A program made the translations under genes and the position numbers. A DNA stretch of 64,000 bases from Octopus vulgaris (taxonomy: Eukaryota): contig OX597840.1 in the NCBI GenBank assembly GCA_951406725.2, positions 26,598,001-26,662,000 on the forward strand. Direction: 5' to 3'. The first letter of the stretch is position 1, and every line of letters begins with the position of its first letter. This document shows, one piece after another, positions 29,266-45,770 of the stretch. Under the pieces are notes generated by a model. That model saw nothing but the letters and a program-made list of their open reading frames with translations. It searched no databases and was not told where the DNA came from.

Positions 29266-30018
29266 GACCTTATAACTATTCATTTGATGATGTAATCCTA
29301 GATAGACTATGGCTGAATAAAAAATGAGATGGTCACGGCTGAGACATCTTTGGTCACTGATCTGGTGGTTGGGAGATGACTTGAAGCTAAAAATAACGTC
29401 AAGGGTCACATTAGAAGATGTACTCCTTGATACACTATGCCTGAATAAAAGGCAAGATGGTCACCAAGGGGACATCTTTGGTCATTGGCCTGCAGATTCA
29501 GAAGTGATATGAAGGTGAAAATAAGGGCAACAAGGAGGGTCACATTGGAAGATGTACTCCTTGGTGCACTTTACCTGAATAAAAGGCAAGATGGTCACCA
29601 CTGGAACATCTTTTTATCGTTTTTTTTTTTTAAAACTCCATGTCACCCTTCATCCTGCAAACCTACGATCAAATTTGCTTCACTTACGAGTAAGTTGTCT
29701 TTTATTCAGGTATAGTGCACCAAGGAGTACATCTTCCAATGTGACCCTCCTTGTTGCCCTTACTTTCACCATCATATCACTTCTGAATCTGCAGGCCAAT
29801 GACCAAAGATGTCCCTTGGGTGACCATCTTGCCTTTTATTCAGGCATAGTGTATCAAGGAGTACATCTTCTAATGTGACCCATGACGTTATTTTTAGCTT
29901 CAAGTCATCTCTCAACCACCAGATCAGTGACCAAAGATGTCTCAGCCGTGACCAACCTGTCTTTTAATCATACATAGTTTATCTAGGATTACATCATCAA
30001 ATGTATAGTTATAAGGTC
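29266..30018. repeat. Long inverted repeat, arms 29266-29589 and 29695-30018, within a ~135-bp-unit tandem array (about 29097-30187)
   Basis: Arms are near-exact reverse complements over ~320 bp with a ~105-bp spacer. Confidence 0.92.
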
Positions 30019-30191
30019 AGTCCTTTTGCCACACAGCTACAACCCAAGACACTCTAGCCGTGACCAACCTGTCTTTTAATCATACATAGTGTACCTAAGA
30101 CTACAATATTTAATGTACCCTTCCTTGCTGTTTAGCCCCAGGTCAGTCCTGGTCAAGTACTTCTGTAATTCAGTGCAATCCAGCCGTGTGT

Positions 30192-30233
<42 letters not shown>

Positions 30234-31163
30234 CCCGCCCCTCTCCCATCACCGCTTGACAACTGGTATTGGTGAGTTTACGTCCCTACAACTTAGCTGT
30301 TCGGCAAAAGAGACTGATAGAATAAGTACTAGGCTATAAAAAAATAAGTCCTGGGGTCGATTTATTCGACAAAAAACCCCCCTTCAAGGCGGTGCTCCGG
30401 CATGGCCGCAGTCAAGTGACTGAAACAAGTAAAAGAATAATAGAATAATGCAAGCAGGATGACATAAAATAATGTAACCACATGGCTGCAAAGCAAGTTG
30501 CACGGCCATACTGGAGTCCATGGGATTATTTTAGGTGTTATACTCGTGTAGTGAAGCACCTGACCCGTGACCGTGTGTCTGAAACCGGAAGATCCATTTT
30601 CTTCACTTAGAAACAGTAAATTTTTTTTACATGCGAGGTGCCTGAATTTTCGTCGCACTTCTGTGACCAGGCCACAGAGTTGCGACGAAAACTTTGACAC
30701 TTCAACCAATAAGTGAAAAATGAACTTAAGTACCATGTAATTGTTCTGTATATTTTAAACATTGCTCCAGTATGGGGGCGTGTGGCTTAGTGGTGAGGGT
30801 GTCAGCATCATGGGGAAGTTCCAAGAGTGATTTTCACCATTTTACAAACTCTAAGTTCACTTTCGTTTAGTTCATGTGTCCAACGAATTTATAAACTTAC
30901 TAGACTACCCGTGACCCGTTGGGCCACCAAGTGCTCAAGGTACCCGAAAAACAAAACGCGGTGGATGTTTTCTTGATTTAATTGAAAAATTAAATATCTT
31001 AAGATCTGGAATTTCTATTCAGAAATTAATTATCACAAAACACAAAAATCGTCAAGGTTATATTTGTAGAACCTTTACATAACTCAAGCCCACAACACAT
31101 AAATTCAATGCAACCCAATTTCTTTTCCTCGGAAGGCCCCCAAGGACCCCACTCTATGAAGCT

Positions 31164-31470
31164 CAGCAATTCTTAACCATTTTTTTTTTATCTATCGACC
31201 CCTTGATTACGTTTATATTCCGGTGAACCTTCCATAGCCATTCGATGTTTAAAAGCTTTATGGACACTTCTTTCAAAATTCCTATTTTGGTTTCCACACT
31301 TTGACTTGTGTAGACAGAAATACGTATGGTTCTCAACCATTTTCTTTATCTATGGACCCCTTGATTTCTACTATATTCCAGTGGACCCCAAAACCATTCG
31401 ATGTTTAAAACCTAGTTTTACTGACACCGCTTTCAGAACTCCTATTTTGTTTTTCGCCCATTCACTTGCG
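31164..31470 (+). mobile_element. Two tandem left-end fragments of the 19190-type hAT MITE
   Basis: Repeated TTCT(T/C)AACCAT...GACCCC.TTGATT...CCATTCGATGTTTAAAA...TTTCA.AA.TCCTATTTTG. Confidence 0.55.
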
Positions 31471-32044
31471 TTGGTACGCAACAGCACTCTCTCAGAGAGG
31501 CCTCCATCCTATCGGGTGGTGCTATTAAGTTAGACACGGCCTGGGCCAATCTTTGGCCGAAACATATCTAAGTCTATCGATGTGTTTGTGTGTGTGTCTG
31601 TGGAAGCACGTGGTTTAATGGTTAGGGTTTTGCTCTCATTGGTCGGAAACAGATTTTTTTAAACTTTTACTTGTTTCAGTGATTTTATTATGGCCATGCT
31701 GGAGCACCACCTAAAGGTTTTCTGGGTTTTTTTTTAGTCCAAGAAACCGACCTCAGAACTTATTCTTTTCTAAGCCTAGTACTCATTCTATCGGTGTCTT
31801 TTACCGAACCGCTAATTTACAGGGACACAAACACGCCAGCATCGGTTGTCAAACGATGGTGAAGGGACAAACACAGACAAAAAGAAACACACACACATAT
31901 CTGTACGACGGGCTTCTTTCAGTTTTCACCTACCAAATCCATTCACAAGGTTTTGGTCGGGCTAAGGTTATAGTAGAAGACACTTGCCTAAGGTGCCACG
32001 CAGTGGGACTGAACACGGAACCATGTGGTTGGGAAGCAGGCTTG

Positions 32045-32330
32045 TATATACGTATGTATGCATGTACGTACGTACGTATGTATATATATATATACATATA
32101 TATATGTACGTACGTATGTATATACGTACGTACGCATGCATGTATGTATGTATATATGTATGTATGCATGCATGTATGTATATATGTATGTATATATGTA
32201 TGTATGCATGTATGTATGTATGTACATATGTATGTATGTATGTATATATGTATGTATATATGTATGTATGTATGTATGTATGAATGTATGTGTGTATGTA
32301 TGTATATATGTATGTATGTATGTATGCGTG

Positions 32331-32366
<36 letters not shown>

Positions 32367-33295
32367 TGTATGTATGTATGTGTGTATGTATGTATGTATG
32401 TATGTATGTATGTGTGTATGTATGTATATATGTATGTATGTATGTATGTGTGTATGTATGTGTATGTATGTATGTATGTATGTATGTATGTATGTATGTA
32501 TGTATGTATGTATGTATGTATGTATGTATGTATGTATGTATGTATGTATGTATGTATGTGTGTATGTATGTATGTATGTATGTGTGTATGTATGTATGTA
32601 TGTATGTATGTATGTATGTATGTATGTATGTATGTATGTGTGTATGTATGTATGTATGTATGTATGCATGTATGTATGTATGCATGTATGTATGTATGTA
32701 TGTATGTATGTGTGTATGTATGTATGTATGTATGTGTGTATGTATGTATGCATGTATGTGTGTATGTATGTATGTATGTATGTATGCATGTATGCATGCA
32801 TGTATGTATGTGTGTATGTATGTATGTATGTATGTATGCATGTATGTATGTATGCATGTATGCATGTATGTATGTATATATGTATGTATGTATGTATGCA
32901 TGTTCGTACGTACGTACGCATGTATGTATGTATGTATGTATGTATATATGTATGTATATATGTATGTATATATGTATGTATGTATATATGTATGTATATA
33001 TGTATGTATATATGTATGTATGCATGTATGTATGTATGTACATATGTATGTATGCATGTATATATGTATGTATGTATGTACGTACGTATGTATGTATGTA
33101 TGCATGTATGTATGTATGCATGTATGTATGTATGCATGTATGTATGCATGTATGTATGCATGTATGTATGCATGTATGTATGCATGCATGCATGTATGTA
33201 TGTATGTATGTATGTGTGTGTATGTATGTATATATGCATGTATGTATGTATATACGTACGTACGTATGTATGTGTGTATGTATGTATGTACGTAA
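32045..33295. repeat. (TATG)n tract ~1.25 kb; complementary (CATA)n at about 35030-36050 and 59370-59720, (TATG)n at 36625-36965
   Basis: Direct reading. Confidence 0.95.
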
Positions 33296-33690
33296 GTCTT
33301 TCATCCCTTCGGGGTCGATAAAATAAAACCCCAGTCAAAGTAGTGGCTACCGATATAATTGACAAGACCCTTAGCCTCAAATTCCTTGCCTCGAACCCCG
33401 CAACGGACTGGAGTCCCGTTCAGGGGGTGGGGGGTTAATGTCATGTCAGTCATTTGTACAGCATGGAAACCGAGAAACCGGCCTTAGGCGTCCTGGGGCT
33501 AAACAAGGAAGGGAAAACAAAACATTGTGATTGGACGATCGCAGCGTTTGAGCATAGCTTTATCTGAGCCGACCGCGGACTTAACCACCACCGCCGCCAC
33601 CATCACCACCACCACAAACAACAACAACAACAACAACAACAATATTAGCCATGTAACACGCTCACACACACACACACACACACACACGCT

Positions 33691-33763
<73 letters not shown>

Positions 33764-33824
33764 ACACACACACACACACTCACACACACACACACATACA
33801 CACACACATACACACATATTTACA

Positions 33825-33979
33825 TTACTTTTAATCCGACATCGACAGTTATACAAACGTACACACACACATACACACACACACAGACATTACTATGTAG
33901 CCGGGACAGACACTAATACAAACGTAGACACGCACATACACACACGTACACACATACTTATCTACCCAGCAGACGCTCT

Positions 33980-34024
<45 letters not shown>

Positions 34025-34132
34025 AAACATTGCTATTTACCCGGCAGAGACACTTTATACAAACGCACAGACACACACACACACACACATACACACACAC
34101 ATCTATTTATCCGACAGAGACACTCATACAAA

Positions 34133-34182
<50 letters not shown>

Positions 34183-34290
34183 TTGTTATTTACCCGGCAG
34201 AGACACTCCACATAAACGCACACGTACAGATACACACACACACACACACACATCTATTTACCCGGTTCAGACACTTTTCACAAGCGCATA
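33825..34290. repeat. Minisatellite: ~7 units of a ~35-bp core separated by variable (CA)n
   Basis: Core approx. CTATTTACCCGGCAGAGACACT.TATACAAACG. Confidence 0.75.
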
Positions 34291-34330
34291 CACACACACA
34301 CACAAGCACTCATTCAACCTCACTCATACA

Positions 34331-34361
<31 letters not shown>

Positions 34362-35977
34362 AACACCGACCCCTTTTCCCGTCTTCCATCGCTCCCTCTC
34401 CCCGTCATTCATTAGCGACAACTCCCTTAGCCAGCAGCTCGGCTGCTTGTTGTTCGATGCAAAAGTCTCCCCCTCCTGACCCCTAGACTCTAATTTTCCC
34501 TTATTAACCCCCTCGATCATGCCCCACTTCTGACCCGCGGGTTAATAGTATAATATCAATTGACCCCTCTCGCTTCCCCCTCCCAACACTTCGAGTCTCC
34601 TCCCACTGCCCCTCTCTCTCTGGCTCGCTCGCTCTTTCTTTCTCTCTCTCTCCCTATCAATTAATCTGTCTGTCCGTCTGTCTGTCTGTTTGTCTGTGTG
34701 TCTGTCTGTCTGTCTATCTGTCTGTGTACAGACATCGGCGAACAATAGAAAGCTATATACACAGTCAACATACACAAATATAATCACACACACACACACA
34801 CACAGACGTACATGCAAAAATATACACAGATATAATCAAACGCACGCAGCACACTCACACATACACACATACACACACACGGAACTTACACACATTCACA
34901 CAACACACGGACGTACACACTCGCACGCACAACATACAGATACATACAGAGTTACACAACACACAGACATACATACATATATATACATGACATAAACAGA
35001 CTCACGCAGGACGGACATACACATATATACATACACGCATACATACATACATAAAACATGCATGCATACACGCATATATACATACATGTATGCATACACA
35101 CAACCATACTTACAAGCATACATACATACATACATACATGCATGCATACATAAATACATACATACATACATACATACATACATACATACATACATACATA
35201 CATACATACATACATGCATGCATGCATACATAAATACATACATACATGCATGCACACACACACAATCATACTTACACACAGGCATACATACAAGCATGCA
35301 TACATATATGCATACACATACATATATACATACATACATGGATACACACATAGATACATATATACATACATGCATGCATACACACTCATACATACACACA
35401 CACATACATACATGTATACATGCATGCATACATACATACATACATACATACATACATACATACATACACACATACATACATACATATATACATACATGCA
35501 CACATACATACATACATACATACATACATTCAAACATACATACATACATACATACATACATACATTCAAACATACATACATAAATACATACATACATACA
35601 CACATACATACATGCATACATACATTCAAACATACATACATACATACATACATACATTCAAACATACATACATACATACATACATACATTCAAACATACA
35701 TACATACATACATACATACATTCAAACATACATACATACATACATACATACATACATACACACATACATACATACATACATACATTCAAACATACATACA
35801 TACATACATACATGCATGCATACATACATACATACATACATACATACATTCATGCATACATACATACATACATACATACATACATACATTCAAACATACA
35901 TACATACATACATACATACATACATTACACACATACATACATACATACATACATACAAACATACATACATACATACA

Positions 35978-36008
<31 letters not shown>

Positions 36009-36935
36009 CATACATACATACATACATACATACATACATTCAAACATACATAATTGAGTGTAGCGTATTTGAAATGAAACGTGTGGAAATCTATAAAATT
36101 GTTTTCGAGCTCGAACCAAAAGTTGGAAACAAACGCCTGAGAAAGAGAATTAAAATAAGACAAAACAAGGTTTTACATTTTCACACACCTTTTACTCCAC
36201 AACACACACAACACACACACACATATATGTTTCAAATATATCGACCCATCGCCGTTTTCTTTTCATTTTTCTTTATTATTATTTATTATTTTCTTGAAAA
36301 GAGATTTCAGACTCGAAATATTGAAATATAAAGTAAATGCGTAAAGTTTAGAAGTTTTTCTTTTCTGTTATTTTGAGTTTCATTCTTCCTTCTTACATTT
36401 CCAACTCGTAGCGAACTATTTTGTGTGTTTAATTTACTCCAAGAGCTTAAACGCATGCATATATATATATAAACATATGCAACTACACACGTATGAATGT
36501 ACACACACACACACACACACACGCAAATATATATTATATATGTGTGTGTATTGGGGTTGACATAAGTACGTTGAAAACCATGCCAAGTATGGTCCCAATA
36601 TGCATATAAATTTGTATGGTTTTTATGTATGTATGTTTGTATTTATGTATGTGTGTGTGTATGTATGTATGTATGTATTTATTTATGCATGTATGTATGT
36701 ATGTATGTAATGTGTGTATGTACGTATGTATGTATGTATGTAAGTAATGTATGTATGTATGTATGCATGCATGTATGTGTATATGAATGTATCTGTGTAT
36801 GTGTGTCTGTATGTTTGTATGTATCTGCGTGTATGAGTGTGAATGTGTCCCTGTACGTATATACGAATGTATGCATATATATGTATGTATGTATGCATGC
36901 ATGTATTTATGTATGTATGTATGTATGTATGTATG

Positions 36936-36966
<31 letters not shown>

Positions 36967-37884
36967 GCTTGCATGCATTTATGTATATACATCAATACTA
37001 ACAAACATGTATGTTTTCATATATACATCTGATGTCCATATTGTAAAACCACGCTTGCACACGCTATTACATACATGCACACACGTATACACACACATAC
37101 ACATACGCATCACAACCCCTCTCATATATATATATATGTGTGTCTATGTATGTGCGTATGCCTATGTATTATATGTATGCATATATGTATATTTCCTTGT
37201 GTGTATACATGATATCTGATCGTCTTAAAACCACATTTGTACAAGCTATTACACACACACACAGACAAATATACAAACACACACACGCATCACATCACAT
37301 TACACCCCGCTCTCCTAAATATACCCAGTCCCTTGCCCCCCACATACATCCATTCATCATGCACACGCGTATAAACATACACCGTCTTACCCCTAACCTC
37401 CTAACCGGGCACACGCTGTCAGGAAAGACAGCCATAAGACCCTTCTCCTTCGCTCCTACCCTACCGCCGCAAAAACCACACACACACACACACAGATACA
37501 CACACACTAGCGCCGCCACAACCACCACCACACCGACTGGCACCTCTACCATCACTACTACTCGTCTTACCAAAGTTATTCTGCCATTACCACTTCGTGA
37601 AAACCCCAACGCGAAAACCACTTCCACCACAGAAACGAAAATCGCCACCGCAACCATCACCACTATCACCACAACCATCGCAGTCCCGGCAACCACTGCG
37701 TCGACCACAACCACTACAGTACTACAACTGCTGCTAATATTTCGCCTCTATACCACCACGACCACTCCCCCAGTCACTGCAACCACCGCCAACTGCTTAT
37801 CACCATTTTTAAATCACCATCGCAGCCAACGCCATCATCATCATCATCCTCATCACATCTCTCATTACAACCACCACTACCACC

Positions 37885-37941
<57 letters not shown>

Positions 37942-39403
37942 GCTACTACTACTCCTACTACTACTACTACTACTATTAATACTACTACTACCACCACCAC
38001 CACTACTACTACTACTACTACCACCCACTACCACCACTACTACTACAACCACAACCACACCACTACAACCACCACCATTACAATCACCACCACCACCACC
38101 ATCACCACCACCACCACCACCACTACTACTACTACTACCACCACCACCACCATCACCACCACTACTACTACAACCACCACAACTACAACCACCACCACCA
38201 TTACAATCACCACCACCATCACCACCACCACCACCACCACCACTACTACTACTACCACCACCGCCATTACAATCACCACCACCACCACCACTACTACTAC
38301 TACTACCGCCTGTACATCACCACCTTAAGCACTACAACCACCACAACCCTCATCATCATTATCACCGCTGTCACTAAAGTCATCGCGATCTCTGCAACCA
38401 CTACAACTACCGCCCATACAATACCCAACACTACCACCTCCATAACCACTATAACCTCTACCACAACAGTCATTACAAACACTACTACCGCAGCTGCTAC
38501 AAACACTACTACAACAAAAACCACAACCACTACTATCATTACAGCTGATACCACTACCACCGCAGCCACAACAATCTCTACCAGTACACTACTACTACGA
38601 TCACTGCATCCAATACGACCGCTAAAACTACCTCCAACACACCACCACAACCACTGACAACCACCGCCGACACCATAAAAACCACAATTGCTTCTACTAC
38701 CACCACCACAACAACAACACCTACTGCTACTACAACCACAACCACAACCACCGATACTGCCACTGAGTGGTTGATCGACCTTCTAAAAACAACAGCTAAA
38801 TTCACCTCGGATCACATTCTGGTGTCATAAAAACGGGCAAGAACACAATGGAGCAATTATATAGTGCTAGATGGGACGGTCACGGATGGGACGTCTTTAA
38901 CACTGCGACTTCCACCACCACCACCACCATCACCATCATCATCACTACCATGCTACCCCTATCAGCACTATTGTCCCCTACAACCCCCACCACTATTCCC
39001 CACCACCACCACCACAAATCCCCACCCCCACCTCTATTCCCCCCACCCCCACCCCCGACCATCATTGCTATTAACATGGATGACCCGGCTTGCTCGCCCT
39101 CTTATCATTTTGCTCCAACTTTTCAACTTTGCCTCCCACCTCTCACCTTTACTCCTCTGCCTTCTCCTCCACTCCACTCCACTCCACCCCACCCCCCGCC
39201 CCAGCATCCTTCTAACTTCTTTCGCTGTTCTTCCATTTATTATCGCTCCCCCCTACTCTCCCCCTCTCTCTCTCTCACTCTCTCTCTCTCTCTCTGGTTT
39301 GCATATAATGAAAGCGTGCCGGATCTTTTGTAGCTGAAGATGGCGACATCGGATTAAATCTTGTGTAATTACTGTGTCTTGTCCTATACATATATATATG
39401 TGT

Positions 39404-39442
<39 letters not shown>

Positions 39443-39598
39443 GACACACATATGTGCACATACACACACATATGTGTACTTATTTATGTGTGTGTAATAC
39501 ACATACACATTCGCACAGACACATATCTTGTGCAAAACGTCCCGGGCCAATAATGGTCCAAAACCTAAGTTATACATTTGCAGTTATAGATATGCATA

Positions 39599-39680
<82 letters not shown>

Positions 39681-39835
39681 CAAGTGTATAACTTATATAT
39701 ATATACTAGCATATGCACATCTGTACACACATGTATATATCATTATATCACATATAGTGTGCGTATATATATATATATGTATATATATGGATGTGTATGT
39801 ATGTATATATGTATATTTATGAGTGTGTGCATATA

Positions 39836-39877
<42 letters not shown>

Positions 39878-40283
39878 TATATACACGCGCACATACACAC
39901 ATATATCATATATAGTGCATATATACATATATTCACACGTACACACACATACACACACACACACAAATATATATACAAAACCATCACCTAGACGCACTCA
40001 CATACCCAACATATGAAATGATTTTATTTGTTCCAGCTCCACCACTCCTTACCAACACTCCCTACCAACCTTCATTCATTGTGATCACCTCTTCCCCCTT
40101 TTTTCTCAGTTCCATCGGGTTCAACTTACGCTGACTTTTACTGCCATCGCAGTATTGTTGTAGTAATTATGATATTAAAGAAAGTAAAAATAAAACATCG
40201 TCTCAGGAATTACACGGAAAGAAAGTCAAAAGTTCGCTTTTTTAAAAATTTTCTTTAATTCTCTAACTTTCAATTTCAACATA

Positions 40284-40345
40284 TACAGAAGACCCTCGAT
40301 TTACACGGTAATCGTTTTACGCGGTCCTCGTTTTACACGGTTTTA
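40284..40345 (+). mobile_element. Tigger/pogo-like terminal fragment (a similar end at about 26535-26578)
   Basis: TA-CAGAAGACCCTCG-ATTTACACGG followed by repeated TTTTAC(A/G)CGG subterminal motifs. Confidence 0.45.
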
Positions 40346-40430
40346 CTTTCATAGTGTCTTCTACTATAGCCTCGGGCAGACCAAAGCCTTGTGAGTGGAT
40401 TTGGTAGACGGAAACTTAAAGAAGCCCGTC

Positions 40431-40474
<44 letters not shown>

Positions 40475-42234
40475 TTGTGTTTGTCCCGCCCCCCCAACAT
40501 CAACATCGCTTGACAACAGAGATGGTGGTGTGTTTACGTCCCCGTAACTTAGCGGTTCGGCAAAAGAGACCGATAGAATAAGTACTAGGCTTACAAAGAA
40601 TAAGGCCTGGGGTCGATTTGCTCGACTAAAAGGCGGTGCTCCAGCATGGCCGCAGTCAAATGACTGAAAAAAAGCAAATGAGTAAAAGAGTATATGATCT
40701 TCGATTTTACTTCGATTTTTATGACCAATCATACCTGAAACCACGACTATCGCTGGAAATATCCGCCATTTGAAAAATTTACTCATTTTTTATTCTTCTT
40801 AAGCTGCGCCTTTACAAAACCAATGTATAGTTTATACACTGTGGCTATAAGCTTCGAAGCTGGTTGATTCTATTTCATTTCGGATATGACAGGAGTACGT
40901 GACATTGATAAGCCGCAACAACAACGAAATACGTTATTCGTCGAACTTGCGGTTACTTCTGGGACGATTTCGTTTAGCCTAGCTCTAAAGCATATTGTAC
41001 GTCCATAAAGTGATTTCTGTCCTGACGAAACCCACAGCCTCAGTCTTTTGAACTACTCACGTACATTAAGCCTATTATATTGATAAAACTTTTAACTATA
41101 GAGAACTTCTAATGCGCAATTCGTGTGTGCATTTAGGTATGTATGTGTGCATGTATGTATATACACACAAACGCACGATATATGTTCTTTTCTACTCCAG
41201 GCACAAGGCCCGAACTTTTTTTTCTGGGTGGCGGGGGGAAGTCGATTAGATCGACCCAGTATGCAACTGGTACTTAATTTATCGATCCCGAAAGGATGAA
41301 AGGCAAAGTCGACCTCGGCGGAATTTGAACTCAGAACGTAAAGACAGGTACAAGGCACGAATTTTTTTTGGGGGGAGGGGGCAAGTCGATTAGATCGACC
41401 ACAGTACGCAACTGGTACTTAATTTATCGATCCCGAAAGGATGAAAGGCAAAGTCGACCTCGGCAAAATTTGAACTCAGAACATAAAAACAGACGGACAC
41501 AAGATATATGTCGAACAACAATTGCAGCAACAAGAAAAGTCGCAATGGACTGTGTTAGATAGACACTGTCTGTATACGATGGGATGGTCACGGATGGACT
41601 GTCTTTGAAAAAAAGAAAACGGCGATTGCTTAATTGGGGGTTTTTAGCTGGTCAACAACAAAAACGCAATGAAAAGAGGACCAGAAACAGCAGACGATAG
41701 AAAAAAAACAGCAGACGATAGAAAAAAAAAGAAAGAAAGAAAGAAGGAAAGAGACGGAGGAGGGGGAAGGGAAGAGAAAGAAGGAAGGAAGAAGAAGAAA
41801 AGGAAGCGGGGTGATGGGATGAGGATGGAAAAGAGAGATGGTGGAAGGCGGAGCAGGAGGAGGAAGGGGAGGAGGAAGGTAAAGGAAGAAAAGGGGTTAA
41901 GAAGGTCTCGAAGAATTATTGATGCTAGCGTTTGGGGTTAAATACACAATAAATGATAGCGTTGACAATAACAACAGCAGCAGCAGCAGCGTCAGCGTCA
42001 GCAGTTATTACGAGAGACGCGCAGATCGCCTCCTCCTCCTCCTCCTCCTCCTTCTCGTCTTACCACCGCCGCCGCTACCGTCGCCACCACCACCATCACT
42101 CTCCGCCTTTTCTTCTTCTTCTTCTTCTCATCAGCCATTCTTTCTTTCTTTCTTTCTTTTCTTTTCGTTTTATTCTTGTTATTTCTTTTCTCTCTCTTCT
42201 TGCAATTTTCATATCTCTCTCGTTTCTTCAGTAT

Positions 42235-43756
<1,522 letters not shown>

Positions 43757-44063
43757 GGTCAGATATGAAAACGGTAAGCATGAAGAAGAAAGAAAGAAAG
43801 AAAGAAGAAGAAGAAGAAGAAGAATTGGTGGTGGCTTTGGTAGCGAACAATAACCTCCCCCCACACCTAGTTATCTCCACTCCCCCACCGTTCTTCTTCG
43901 GTTTCCGTTCCAGCTGTGGCGTACCACACCTCTGTGGCAAGCCGAAAAGACATTCCTTATTATTCTCACCACATCTCACACACTATCTCTTTCCCTCTCT
44001 TCTCTCTCTCACTCCTCTCTCTGACACACACACTCACAAACGCACTCTTTCTTTTCCTCTCTG

Positions 44064-44098
<35 letters not shown>

Positions 44099-44290
44099 TT
44101 CTCCTTCTCTTTATCTCTCTCTTTCTCTCTCACATGCACACAGACATACTCTGAGAGATGCATGCACACACTATACCATATCATATATATACACACACAG
44201 TAACACATCTACACACACACATCTACACTATGATATATTATACACATACTTACACACATATATATATATATACACACACATAAATACATG

Positions 44291-44324
<34 letters not shown>

Positions 44325-44410
44325 AATATACATACATACGCATACATACACACGCAGATACACATACGCACATTTATATACGCATGTATATATATATATG
44401 TGTGTGTGTG

Positions 44411-44451
<41 letters not shown>

Positions 44452-44549
44452 GCGTACTTACATAGAAGTATACATACGGATACATACATACACAAACACA
44501 CACACACGTGTGTATTTGTGTGCGTATATATGTTTACGTTGCCCTAAAA

Positions 44550-44810
44550 CAGTGCTTCTAAACCGGGGTGGGGATTCCTTATGACCCTTAAGGGTCGATG
44601 TAAAACTTTGTTAAGTTTTATGTACGATAATAAACTGGTTTTACTTCCACAAATCACAAAATATTTTAATACTTTTATGAAAGTTTCAAATAATATTTAA
44701 CTATAGAAATAAAATAGGGTTTTTAAATAGGGTTTTTAAATTTTAAATGGTTATTAGGGTCCAGTTGATTAAAACAGGAATGAAAGAGATCCACTGGTTG
44801 AGACCCACTG
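44550..44810. mobile_element. hAT (Charlie-like) MITE
   Basis: TIRs CAGTGCTTCTAAACC / GGTTGAGACCCACTG; 8-bp TSD CCCTAAAA / CCCTAATA. Confidence 0.8.
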
Positions 44811-45561
44811 CCCTAATATCTGCCACCCGGATTAATCTGTACCCCTATTAACACCGATCATGTTTAAAACCCTTTTTTTTGTCTTCCTGTCCCCACCAAA
44901 CGTGTAATTTATTGTATGATCTTATGTCATAGTCAACATCACAACCACCACCACCACCACCACCATCACCACCACTATCAACATCCCCAGCACCACCACC
45001 ATCACCAAGACCGCCAATACCACCACCGCCATCACTACCACCACCACCATCACCGCCGCCATCACTATCACCAACACCACCACCACCACCACCATCACCA
45101 TCACCACAACCATCAATGGTATCAACACCACCACCACCACCACCACCACCACAATCAACACCCCCAGCCCCTCTACCACCACCAACACCGTCAACACCAC
45201 CAACCGCCATCACTACCACCACCACCACCGGTGCTATCAACACCACTACCACCGCCACCACCACCACCACCATTACCAATGTTATCAACAACACTAGCAC
45301 CACCACCATCACACCACCACTAATACCACCATCAACATCACGAACATGTTCTAGTGGTCGTGGTGTGGTTGATGGTATAGGTGGTGGTGGTGGTGGTCTT
45401 GCGGTGGAAGTGGTTTCGGTTGCAGTGGTTTGTGGTGTCGGTGATCGCAGTTTCGCTGACATTCGAATATTTATTATTGGCAATGATGGTCAACCACACA
45501 CACACATACATATATACATATATACAAACATACATACTAGCAAACGCATACAGTCTCAAAT

Positions 45562-45594
<33 letters not shown>

Positions 45595-45736
45595 CGTATA
45601 CACACACATATGCACACACACACACACATATAAATATGTATACACACACTCACATACACACAAATATAGTCTCTCCCATACATACACACACTCACACACA
45701 CATACACACTTTCTCACACACACTCTCTCATACACA

Positions 45737-45770
<34 letters not shown>

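Noticed and set aside
31856-33380. Long ORFs (345-479 aa) on both strands
   Set aside because: Produced by stop-free (TATG)n; repetitive MYVC/HTYI translation with no domain.
33825-34290. CRISPR-like repeat/spacer appearance
   Set aside because: Spacers are (CA)n, repeats are degenerate, no cas genes, eukaryotic context.
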